Positions 17,516 through 29,221 of a stretch of 64,000 bases of DNA are shown piece after piece; positions within the stretch are counted from its first letter, which is position 1, and each line of letters begins with the position of its first letter. The position numbers were made by a program, and so were the translations under genes. The notes under the pieces are model-generated. The model was not told the origin of the DNA. It made no database searches and saw only the letters and a program-made list of their open reading frames with translations. Source of the stretch: Octopus sinensis (taxonomy: Eukaryota); contig NC_042999.1 of the NCBI RefSeq assembly GCF_006345805.1, positions 74,152,001-74,216,000 of the forward strand, given 5' to 3'.

Positions 17516-18108
17516 GGCAAGACTTCCACCCAAACCCCATGAAAAACCACCCATTTTCTAAAATTTTTTTTTTACGACAAAAACCCTGCTTTTTGGCTAC
17601 AGGGAATACAAATCTGCAAAAAAATTGGCAAAAAATCAGCATTTTAAAATTACTCCCCAACCTTCTACCCCCATTTCCTTCATTTTTTACTTTTTCCAGA
17701 AATTTTTTTTCCAAATTTGCGGAAAAATACGGAGATTATGATTCTGAAAAAATTTCCAAAAATCTTTGTAAAATTTTTTTTTTAAGAATATTTTTCTTTT
17801 TTCTAAATATGCGGAAAAATATGGACATTATGATTCGGACAAAAATTACAAAACATTTCTGAAGTTACAGTTACTGTCAGGGTTTTAGGGTTAGGCTTTA
17901 GGTTTAGGGTTTTAGGGTTGGGGGTTAGTGTTAGTGTTGGGGAAAAAAGTCAGAATTGAAGAATTGGGGGGCGGGGGATTTAATAATGCCAATTTCTGGC
18001 AATTTTCCGGAAACCCTCGTATATGAAAACAGGGGTTTTTGGCAAAAAAATTTTTTAAATAAACTGATTTGGGAGAAAATGGCGGTGGGTACAGGTGGAA
18101 GTCTTTCC
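17516..18108. mobile_element. MITE with GG(C/A)AAGACTTCC TIRs and internal TTAGGG-like run
   Basis: TIR GGCAAGACTTCCACC / GGTGGAAGTCTTTCC; flanks gCATTTTG / aCATTTTG. Confidence 0.8.
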
Positions 18109-18139
18109 ACATTTTGTTATGCAACCATAATATACTACA

Positions 18140-18597
18140 TCATCATCATCATCATCGTTTAACGTCCGCTTTCCATGCCGGCATGGGTTGGACAGTTTGA
18201 CTGAGGACTGGTGAGCCAGAGGCTGCACCAGGCTCAATCTGATCTGGCAAAGTTTCTACAGTTGGATGCCAATCACTCTGAGAATATAGTGGGTGCTTTT
18301 ACATGCAACAGACACAAGGGCCAGTCAGGCGGTTCTAGCAACAACCATGCTCGAATGTTGATTTTCATGTGCCAGTAAGGCAATGCTGGCAACAATCATG
18401 CTCGAATGGTGCTTTTTACGTGTCACCGGCATGGGAACCAATCCATGGGCCTGGCAATGATCACACTCAGATTTGCTTTTAACGTTCCACTGGCATGAGT
18501 GCCAATCAGGTGGTACTGTCATTGGCCATGTCAGCGATTTTGGTTTGTTTACACTTGCCTCAATAGGTCTTCGAAAGCAAAGTTCATTGTCTATTGA
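18140..18597 (-). mobile_element. RTE 3'UTR fragment
   Basis: (CAT)n + gtttaacgtccgctttccatg reverse tail. Confidence 0.8.
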
Positions 18598-18608
18598 AAG
18601 TATATTAA

Positions 18609-19668
18609 CCCTTTCGTTACTATATTTCTGACTAAAATACACCCCTTATGTGTTTCAATTAATTTCTAACATAATCATAAATTTAGCCTGGTTTCATTAA
18701 ACAACTATAACTTTTTTATTTATCAATATATTAACGTGAATTTTGGAAGATAATTTAATGAAATGTTCTCAACCAATTCTATACTATAATTTTTGTCACA
18801 AAGTGACTCTAATTGCAGGGAGATACAGGTAAACAAAATATAAAATTATTAAAATTTTGTTCAAACATTGCTATAGAAAATGGGTTATTAGCTAATATTC
18901 AATTGGGCATACAACAAAATTTTACTATAGAATTTGTTATTCTGGGTAACTTTCTGATACCCATAATAATATTTATGGCAAAATAAGCCTTAATTTCATT
19001 TAAGGTTGTGGGAAACCACTAAGTATCCTTTCTTTCGTTTTGTTTACATTTAGCGTAACGGTTTGTTTCCGCCGTAATGATTTCAAATCGGCTTATTCGA
19101 AAAAGTAAAAAGAAATAGTCTAAGGAAAGTTTGTGGCTTGGTCCAGTTTCTTCAGAAAAATCACCGAAAGAAACAGTTTTTAAATTTTCACTCCATTCGG
19201 GTGCCAATTCATTTTCTTTATCGCTGTCGGAGCTCTCGGATTCACTGTTTTCACTTTCGGAAAATGAAACATCAGATTCATTATCAAATACCACGTGCTT
19301 TTTTTTTTTTTCAGTCATAGAGTTAGATTTATGAAGGTCTTCAGTAGAAAATCCTTCGAATTCTGACTCGCTGCTTGATATAATGAAATTCGTATCCATT
19401 TTTTGTCAGAATTACAAATTTTGAAAACACAATAGGAACAAATTTCGGAAAAAAATCTCCCAAAATTCACGGAATTAAAATTACACTTCGATTTTTGTAC
19501 AAAACTGTAGTTGAACTGTTTACGAAGTATAATACGTGTTTTCACGAATGTACTAAAGAGATTTGTTCTGATATTCTCATTTAAATATGAATAGGTAAAT
19601 TCGGACAGCTTTGGGCGGTTTGGTCACATTAACCAAAATTTTTTTCGGGCGGTTTGGTATCGAAAGGG
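18609..19668 (-). mobile_element. piggyBac deletion derivative
   Basis: TTAA|CCCTTTCG...CGAAAGGG|TTAA; acidic S/E-rich N-terminus then LDYFFLLF...ITAETNRYA. Confidence 0.9.
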
Positions 19669-20227
19669 TTAAATGCTTTATAATTCCATACTGTGCTCTT
19701 CTGTGTTAGCAGTGCTATTAAATACTTAAAGTTATTTCTACAGAATTTCTATAGAATTTATACCTAGTACTGATTCATTACACCATTTCATATCTAAGAC
19801 ACCTCATGTAAACAACGAGATTGAAGATGGAAAATGGTTCATGTGTGTATTTGCTATACTTAAGAAGTGTTTGTTCCTTCTTCAACACCATATCCAATCC
19901 ATTAACCATCCATGAACTCATAGCTTGAATAGTCAACACATACAGTGGTATAACGTTATTGGATAAATCAATTTACATATCAAACACATTCTTATATATA
20001 TATATATATTAATGTCTTGTAGGGACACAGTATTTCATTATGTAACCATAATATACTACAAAGCATATTAAATGCTTTATAATTCAGAACTGTATTCTAC
20101 TCTGTTAGCAGTGCTATTAAATCACTTGTTAAAGTTATCTCTTCAGAAATTCTACAGAAATTATAGCCAGCACTGACTTTGCTACATCTCATAAAATTGA
20201 TATATCCAATAATGTCACACCACTATA

Positions 20228-21366
20228 GGTCATTTCGATAAGGCAGTTATCTGCCCTTGATTGGAACTCTCCCGTATTTTGACTTGCTTCTATTTTCTCG
20301 GACTACCGACACACACACTGTATCACCAGTTAATATGATGTCTCCAAAGAAATCTCGCAAATACAGTTGTACATGCAGCAATTATAGAGTGAAGAATGTA
20401 GACAGCAAAGTTATTTCACTTCATAGATACCCTGCAAACATCACTATTCGTCGTATTTGGCTTCAGAGATCGAGATTTGTGAGGAAAGACTTTGTTTATA
20501 CTGCAAATAGCCAGATTTGCTCCCAGCATTTCATCAATTCTAATGGACCATCAATAGATCAGAGATATGTGTATGTGACTGTGCATTTGTATTTGAAAAA
20601 TATGATAGAGATAAAAAAAAATATTCAAAATTAAGTCTCATTTATTTATTATTTATTGTTTCAATTGTACATTTATTTACTTACATCCAATAAAAAATAC
20701 AAGTTATTATACAAGGAGAAAAGTCAAATTAATTAAACAGGCTCTTTCCCTGCAGTGCAGTTGCAATCAGCTGAATGCACATTGACAGTGACCTTTGACA
20801 TTCTGTGATCAGGATTGTTCTTTTTGTTAGATGTTGGTATTGACGGGATTACCAAACACCGGACAATGCAGTGAGAGTAGCTTTCGGTAACATCGTGATA
20901 TTCAATGTTGTGGACGTGTCTGTCATGGTAAAATATGCCACTCCTTAACTGTCGCTTCGCCTTCATCCGTAGCACAGGGCAGCTGTAAACCTCATTATCC
21001 GTAAAATTCGGCAACTTATGAAGATCTTTAGTCCAATCTGATTTCAGTACATTAGGATCAGGTAAAACTTCACCATGAGGAGATACAAGTTTCTGCTTAT
21101 TCCGGTCTGAAGTACACTTCTCGTCTGTTTATTTTAATTCATTGATGTTCTTTATCGAAAGAATTTTAATACTTTTTAACCAAATCCGCCATTTTTCCAG
21201 TAACATACTGTCCATGTAATCGCAAACAATTCTTCAACTCGAGCCACTTAATATTCATGGTATGACGTGACACACAATAACAATGGTATGGGTAGTCCAT
21301 AGAAGTAGAAATGTATGTAAGGAGAGCGACCTAGCCAAGGGAGATAATCTAATAATCGGAATGTCC
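20228..21366. mobile_element. Kolobok-like DNA transposon derivative: THAP ORF (+) convergent with SWIM-type ORF (-)
   Basis: THAP: CTCSNY...SLHRYP...W...ICSQHF (20257-20634); minus ORF from ATG 21192 with LPDP..W..DLHKLPNFT and HSADCNCTAG; degenerate ~50-bp TIRs GG..CC flanked by TATA/TGTA. Confidence 0.65.
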
Positions 21367-21467
21367 TGTAATTAGTGGCTGTTCAAGTAATCTGTTTATG
21401 GATGATTAACAGGTTGGATAGGTGCTGATGAAGGAGCAAGAAATCCTGAAATATGGCAAATTTGATG

Positions 21468-22215
21468 ACTGGCACCCATGCCAGTGGAGCGCTAACAGCT
21501 CCATCCGAGCAGGATCACTACCAGAGCAGCTGTCTGGCAGCTGCTAGTGCTGCTGGACTGACTCCTGTGCAGGTATCACGTAAAGAAACACCATTTCGAG
21601 CATGGCTGTAGCAAGTACCACCAGACTGGCCCTCATGCAGGTGGCAGGTAAAAGCACCCTCTGCACTCTCAGAGTGGTTGGCGTTGGGAGGGGTATCCGA
21701 TTGTGAAAGCTCTGCTAGATCAGATTGGAGCCTGGCACAGCCATCTGGTTCGCCAGTCCTCAGTCAAATCATCCAACCCATGCTAGCATGAAAAGCGGAT
21801 GTTGAGGGATGATGATGATGATTATATATATATACATACTGTGCTTGAGGAGACCTATTGAGTCAAGTACATCAACATTAAAATATCAAATGGAAATTGT
21901 AGTTGCAATACCTGTGCCGGTGGCACGTAAAAAGTACCATCTGAACGTGGCCAATGCCAGTGCCGCCTTGATTGACTTCCGTGCCGGTGGCACGTAAAAA
22001 GCACCAACCAATCGTGGCCATTGCCAGCCTCGCCTGGCACGTAAAAGGCACCCACTACACTCTCGGAGTGGTTGGCATTAGGAATGGTATCCAACTGTAG
22101 AAACACTGCCAGATCAGACTGGAGCCTGGTGCAGCCTCCTGGCTTCCCAGACCCCGATCGAACCGTCCAACCCATGCTAGCATGGAAAACAGACATTAAA
22201 CGATGATGATGATGA
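21468..22215 (+). mobile_element. Two consecutive RTE 3'UTR fragments (21468-21822, 21835-22215)
   Basis: Each ends in cccatgctagcatggaaa...gatgatgat. Confidence 0.8.
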
Positions 22216-22459
22216 CCTCATCGTTTGTTTAGAACTGACATCTCAGATACGAAATACCATAAGAAAATCAGTGCTGGCTGTGATTTTTATAGAAAATCTG
22301 TAGAGATAACCTTAACATGTGATGTAGCATTTAACATAGTTTATAGTACATTATAGTTGCATGACAAAATACCACCTCCCTAGAAGTCATTAATATTTAT
22401 GTACCAATGTTAAATACATAAAATTGATATATACAACTGTGTTACATTATTATACACAA

Positions 22460-22672
22460 ACCTGGATTTGGTAGACGGAAACTGAAAGAAGCACATTGTG
22501 TATGTGTATGTGTGTGTTTGTCTGTGTTTGTCCCCCAACATTGCTTGACAACCGATGCTGGCGTGTTTATGTCTCCCATAACTTAGTGGTTCAGCAAAAG
22601 AGACAGATAGAGTAAGTACTGGGCTTACAAAGAATAAGTCCAGGGGTCGATTTACTCAACTAAAGATGGTGT
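22460..22672 (+). mobile_element. SINE family 1 body fragment
   Basis: ggatttggtagacggaaactgaaagaagc...ggggtcgattt. Confidence 0.75.
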
Positions 22673-24000
22673 AAGTAGCCCACTTATGCGTACCTTTCTT
22701 TCATTGGACACTAAACTCTGCTTGCGAAGACCTGCTGAGGCAAGTGAAATAAAAATCAAATTCAATGACTGGCATCCATGCTAGTGGTGCGTTAAAAGCA
22801 CCATCCAAGCGTGATCATTGCCAGAGCAGCTAACTGGCTTCTGTGCCGGTGGCACGTAAAAAGCACCCTCTGAGCGTGATCATTACCAGCATTGCCATAC
22901 TGGCACTTGTGCCACTGAAAGTGCCAGTGACACGTGAAAAAGTATTCAAGCGAGGTTGTTGCCAGTGCCGGTGGACTGGCTCCTGTGCAGGTGGCACATA
23001 AAAAACACTATTTGAGCGTGGCCGTTGCAAGTACCGCCTGACTGTCCTTCATGCCGATGGCATGTAAAAGCACCCACTACACTCTCGGAGTGGTTGGCAT
23101 TATGAAGGGCATCCAGCTGTAGAAACTCTGCCAGATAAGATTGGAGCCTGGTGCAGCCATCTGGTTCACCAGTCCTCAGTTAAATCATCCAATCATCATC
23201 ATTGTTTAACGTACGCTTTCCATGCTGGCAATGGGTTGGACGGTTTATCTGAGGACTGGTGAGCCAAAGGCTGCACCAGGCTCAATCAGATCTGGCAAAG
23301 TTTCTACAGCTGGATGCCCTTCCTAATGCCAACCACTCAGAGAGTGTAGTGTGTGTTTTTACGTGACACTGGCACAAGGGCCAGTCTGGCAACGACCATG
23401 CTCAAAACATGTTTTTTATGTGCTACCTGTACGGGAGCCAGTCCGGTGACTCTGGCAACAATCCCGCTCGAATGGTGCTTTTCACGTGCTACCAGCATGG
23501 GAGCCAATTCTTGGCCCTGGCAACGGTCACACACGGATGTGCTTTTAACGTTCCACTTGCACGAGTGCCAATCAGGCAGTACTGTCATCAGCCACATCAG
23601 CGATTTTGATTTTGATTTTGGTTTCACTTGCCTCAATAGGTCTTCGCAAGCAAAGTTTATGGTCCAATGAATGAAGGGTATTCATAAGTGAGCTGGTTAC
23701 ACCCACTGGCATAGGCCATGGTCTCACTTGGCTTGTCAGGTCTTCTCAAGCACAACATATCTCGAAAGGTCTCGGTCACTAGTCATTGCCTCGGTAAGAC
23801 CCAATGTTCGAAGGTTATGTTTCACCACCTCATCCCAGGTTTTCCTGGGTCTACCTCTTCCATAGGTTCCCTCAACTGCTAGGGTGTGACACTTTTTCAC
23901 ACAGCTGTCCTCATTCATTCGCAACACATGACCATACCAGCGCAGTCATCTCTCTTGCACACCGCATCTGATGCTTTCTCTCAGGGCGTTTAAACTCTGT
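22672..24000. mobile_element. Tail-to-tail RTE 3' fragments (+ 22672-23185; - 23186-24000)
   Basis: Opposite-orientation family tails meet at ~23185. Confidence 0.8.
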
Positions 24001-24238
24001 CATGTAGGTCGTGTATATTTTGGTTGCATAATGAAATACTGCATTACATTACACCATTAATATTTATGTACCAGCTTCCAGGAAAGTGTTTAATATGTTA
24101 AATTGTGCTAGCTATGATTTCTACAGAAAATCTGAAAAAATGCCCACAGTATTGACTTATGATCATGAACAATCAATGACAAGATTATAAAACCTTACTG
24201 GAATTAGAAGCAATTAGTTGAGAATCAATTGAACTCAC

Positions 24239-24314
24239 CATTGGCGTCGCATTGCTCAAAGCGAACCCACTGCACTTTTTCCCTGTCATCTGTTTTCTGT
24301 GCATTGCCATAAGC
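24239..24314 (-). CDS. BCAS3: BCAS3 coding exon 3 (76 nt, AYGNAQKTDDREKVQWVRFEQCDAN)
   Basis: TTTTTATTTCTTCTCAG acceptor, ATG|GTGAGT donor; matches recalled AYSG...EKEKIVWVRFENADLND. Confidence 0.95.
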
Positions 24315-24443
24315 CTGAGAAGAAATAAAAATTACACCTATATTAACAGCCAACTGAACGCATGTTCCTACTATAAGAAGAATAGCTTAAATGCGATCTC
24401 TGCTGAAATTCCATTACATAGTGTCCCCCATAGTTGAATTTTT

Positions 24444-24822
24444 AACATTATTTACATTTGACGGATATTTGTCCTCATTTTGTTTGTTGTTAACATGTTT
24501 TGGCTGATATACCCTCCGGCCTTCATCAGGGGTCTTGGGGAAATTTCAAACCTGGGTTCTCATTCCTAAGGTATTTTTCAATGTTGTTGTTATTATTATT
24601 ATTATAATTATTATTCAGGTCACTGCCTGGAATGCAACTCAGAATCTTGGGGTTAGTAGCATGCACTCTTAACCACTACACCATATGTCCGTGGGCTTAT
24701 TTGTCCTCATCTTGTTTGTTGTTAATACATTTTGGTTGATATACCCTCCAGCCTTCATCAGGTGTCTTGGGGAAATTTCGAACCTGGTTTCTCATTCCTA
24801 AGGTAATTTTTCAATGTTGTTG

Positions 24823-24861
<39 letters not shown>

Positions 24862-25213
24862 TCACTGCCTGGAATTGAACTCAGAATCTTGGGGTTAGTA
24901 GCCCATGCTCTTAGCCACTATGCCATATGCCCGTGGGCTTTTGTTGTTAACACATTTCGGCTGATATAGCCATCAAATGTAAATAATGTACATAATTCTT
25001 CATCTCTTAAAAATAGAACTGAATAATAATGGTAATAACATCAAAAAATACCTTAGAAATGAGAACCCTGGTTTAAAATTTCCCCAAGACACCTGATGAA
25101 GGCTGGAGTGTATATCAGCCGAAACATTGTGTTAACAACAAACAAGATGATGACAAATATCCATTAAATGTAAATAATGTATGTAATTCTTCATCTCTTA
25201 AATACAGAACTGT
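24444..25213. mobile_element. Array of tRNA-headed hammerhead-ribozyme elements: two full minus units (24444-24695, 24696-24937), a partial minus unit (24938-24969) and a headless plus unit (~24973-25213)
   Basis: Minus unit: A box TGGCATAGTGG (24915-24925), B box GAGTTCAATTCC (24871-24882), (AAT)n, then GACAC-CTGATGA-A-GGCTG..CAGCC-(G)AAAC..GTGTT. Confidence 0.8.
25088..25133 (+). ncRNA. Minimal type-I hammerhead ribozyme motif, core intact
   Basis: Stem I GACAC/GUGUU, CUGAUGA 25093-25099, extra A, stem II GGCUG/CAGCC, GAAAC 25121-25125; stem III reduced (AC-AUU). Confidence 0.65.
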
Positions 25214-25387
25214 ATGAATTTTTAACAGAAAAATTAAAAGTGATTTGGTAATAAAACAAGCCTGTGATAACCCAGGACTTCCTCTAATAAACAAGTGAGG
25301 TCTAGACTGAATATTTTTTGTGATCTTTTGCTAAGTTTGTGTAACGAACTTTTAGTGATTTTGAAAGAATAGACAAGTAATATTTAC

Positions 25388-25442
25388 CTGAGGGACAACA
25401 TCAGATATGAAATTCACAACACTTTCCATCATTGTTTTATCG
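25388..25442 (-). CDS. BCAS3: BCAS3 coding exon 2 (55 nt, (S)DKTMMESVVNFISDVVPQ)
   Basis: Pyrimidine tract + CAG acceptor, CAG|GTAAAT donor; matches recalled BCAS3 motif SYMESVVTFLQDVVPQ; visible in ORF 25352..25534(-). Confidence 0.95.
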
Positions 25443-25489
25443 CTGAAAGAAAAGAAAGGGGAAACTGTCAAAGAAAATTTAATAATTAT

Positions 25490-25665
25490 AGGCATAGGAG
25501 TAGCTGTGTGGTATGTAGCTTGCTTACCAACCACATGGTTCCAGGTTTATTCCCACTGTGTGGCACCTTACAAAGAATAAATGCTGGGTTCGATTTACTC
25601 CACTAAAGGCAGTGCTCCGGCATGGCCGCAGTTAAATGACAGAAACATGTAAAAGAGTAAAAGAA
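25490..25665 (+). mobile_element. Internally deleted SINE family 1 copy
   Basis: Head joined directly to tail. Confidence 0.75.
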
Positions 25666-25994
25666 TATCATCATCATTTAATGTGTTTTCCATGCTGGTA
25701 TGGATTGGGTAGTTTGGCAGAAGCCGACCAGCTGAAGCGCTGTTCAGGCTCAGTGTCTGCTGGATGCTTTTACACTGCATCAGCATGAGTGCATTTTACG
25801 TGGCACCCAGCCCCTATGAGTCCACAAGATTAGAGATGCAGGAGACGAACCTGTATGGAAGGAAGGGCAACCACATTTTTTACTTAGCTTGATGTATCTT
25901 TTCAAGCACAGCAAACCGCCAGGAGTCTTGGTCCCATCATCCTCTCTGTGAGCCCCAACATGTGTAGATCCTTTCTCACCACTTCCTTTCTATT

Positions 25995-26200
25995 ATAGGC
26001 AGAAGGCCTGAAATTTGAGGAAGCGGTATAGTCGATCATATCAATCCCAGTGTTTCACTGGTATTTAATTTATCGATGCCAAAAGGATGAAAGGCAAAGT
26101 CGACCTCAGCAGAATTTGAACTCAGAATATAGTGACAGGCAAAATACTGCTAAGCATTTGGTCCAGCGTGCTAATGATTCTGCCATCTCACCACTTTATC
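25995..26200 (-). mobile_element. tRNA-derived SINE family 2
   Basis: Reverse complement has TGGCAGAATCATTAG (A-box-like) and GAGTTCAAATT (B box). Confidence 0.7.
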
Positions 26201-26467
26201 CCATATCTTCCAGAGTTTACCCCCTCCACATATTCCCTCTATAATTAGAGACCAGCACCTCTTGATGCAATTGTCCTTATACATATGCATCACATGACCA
26301 AACCACCAGTCTTCTCCCTGGCACACAACATCTGATGCTACATACACCCTGTTTTTCTCTCAAATCATTTACTGCCGTATGTGCACACTGACACACTGAC
26401 ATTTCACATCCAGCGAAACATACAAGCTTCATTTCTGTCCTCAGTAGTCACAGCCCATGTGAAGATA

Positions 26468-27714
26468 TTGGGTTGGCAGCTAAGTTCCAGCCATTTTTTA
26501 AACTTTAAATTTTTTAAAAGGTTTAATGAAAAATAACAACTTATTAATTAATAATGTATTCACCCTTGTTATTTACAACTTCTTCCCAACGTTCAAGATT
26601 TTGGTAGAAATCACCCAATTTTGACTCAAAAAATTGATCCAACCAAGCTCTGAATTCTGCATCAGTATTGAATGAAACTCCATGCATAGCATTTGAAAGA
26701 GATAGAAAGAGGTGGAAATCCATTGGTACCAAATCAGGAGAGTACATGGGTGTGGCAGCACTTCCAACCCATGCGTTTGAATGGCTTTTTTGGTCATATT
26801 GGCAATATGAGGGCGGGCGTTGTCATGCAGCAGAACTCCATGCTGCCGATTAGGTCTTTTCTCCTGGATAGCCGTGTTGAGTCATTCCATCTATTGAACA
26901 TAGAGTTCCGTGTTGACTGTTTGATTCTGTTCAAGCAATTCATAATGGATAATCCCTTCCCAGTCCCATTATATGCACAACATCATTTTATGCAGATGAG
27001 GAACTTGTTTCAAGCAGATGATCTTCTTTCACACGTGGTGTCGCTTGTTTACTGGAGCCAAGCCATTCCTTATGCTGCTTCATACTGATGTACAAGCACC
27101 ATTTTTCATCACCAGTATCTATTCGGTAAAGAAATCGTTGCTTGAGTCCATGAGTTGAGTGGTGACCAGCAAGCAAACCAGCAGAGATTGTGGCTCGATT
27201 TTTGGTGTTGTCACTTAAAGCATGCGGAACCCATACTCCATACTTCTGAACCTTTCTCATTGAGTGAAGATGCTTCTCTATAGCAGTGTGGGAGCATTCC
27301 ATTTTCTCTGCCAGTTCCTTTGTTGTTTGATGAGAATTTTTGTGCAAAAATTGGTTTAATCGCTCTTCATTGAACTCAACTGGATGGCCAGAATAAGGTG
27401 CATGTTTGAGGTCAAAATTTCTATTTTTGAATTTGGCATACCGACCACAAGTGGTTCTTTCAGCTATGGCACCCTCTCCATACACAGTACAAATGTCACA
27501 AGCAGCTTAGGTGGTGTCAAAAATGATCATTTTTCTTAGCTTGACATCCCATTTTAATAATTTGAAAATAAACAAAAATTAACTAGAAAAAAAACATAAT
27601 AGATTCCAAAATGATTCCAAAACAGAATTCTGCAAAAAAATTAGATTCCAAAATTTATAAACGCAATAAATTCCAAAATTTAAAAAAACAGTGGTACCTT
27701 AGTTGTCAACCCAA
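26468..27714 (-). mobile_element. Full-length degenerate mariner
   Basis: TA-flanked TIRs TTGGGTTGGCAGCTAAG / CTTAGTTGTCAACCCAA; WVPHAL, TGDEKW, YSPDLVPMDFHLF. Confidence 0.93.
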
Positions 27715-27719
27715 TATAT

Positions 27720-28047
27720 TATGTTGTTTCTACAAACGCCTATCAAGCCTACAAAAAGCACTCCTAGCTCTGCTGATTCTCTATGAAAGTTCACCGTCAA
27801 GACCAGCAGTGCTCAAAGTACTTCCTAAATAAATAAATCTAGTTACCGCCTCCAACCTTTGACCATTCACAGTTATAAAAGGTTTCACATACATATTGGA
27901 GGGAACGGGCTGGTACATTATAACAGTTTTTTTTAAGATTGATTGTTAGACCCAATACTGCACATGCTGCAGAAATCACATTCACCATGTGCTGCATATC
28001 TTTCTGAGAATGTGCCAACAGGTCACAATCATTTCCATACAGAAACT

Positions 28048-28050
<3 letters not shown>
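27720..28050 (-). mobile_element. BovB-type RTE RT fragment
   Basis: [23 protein letters not shown]...LGLTINLKK. Confidence 0.75.

Positions 28051-29221
<1,171 letters not shown>

Noticed and set aside
19019-19399. Acidic S/E-rich host protein
   Set aside because: It lies inside TTAA-flanked piggyBac TIRs and is the transposase N-terminus.
20257-20634. Host THAP transcription factor gene
   Set aside because: Truncated, enclosed by TIRs and paired with a SWIM ORF, so better explained as a transposon.
24858-24937. Genuine tRNA genes (also 35204-35275 and 26100-26200)
   Set aside because: A/B boxes are present but there is no complete cloverleaf or acceptor stem, and each continues into a repeat body, so these are SINE heads.
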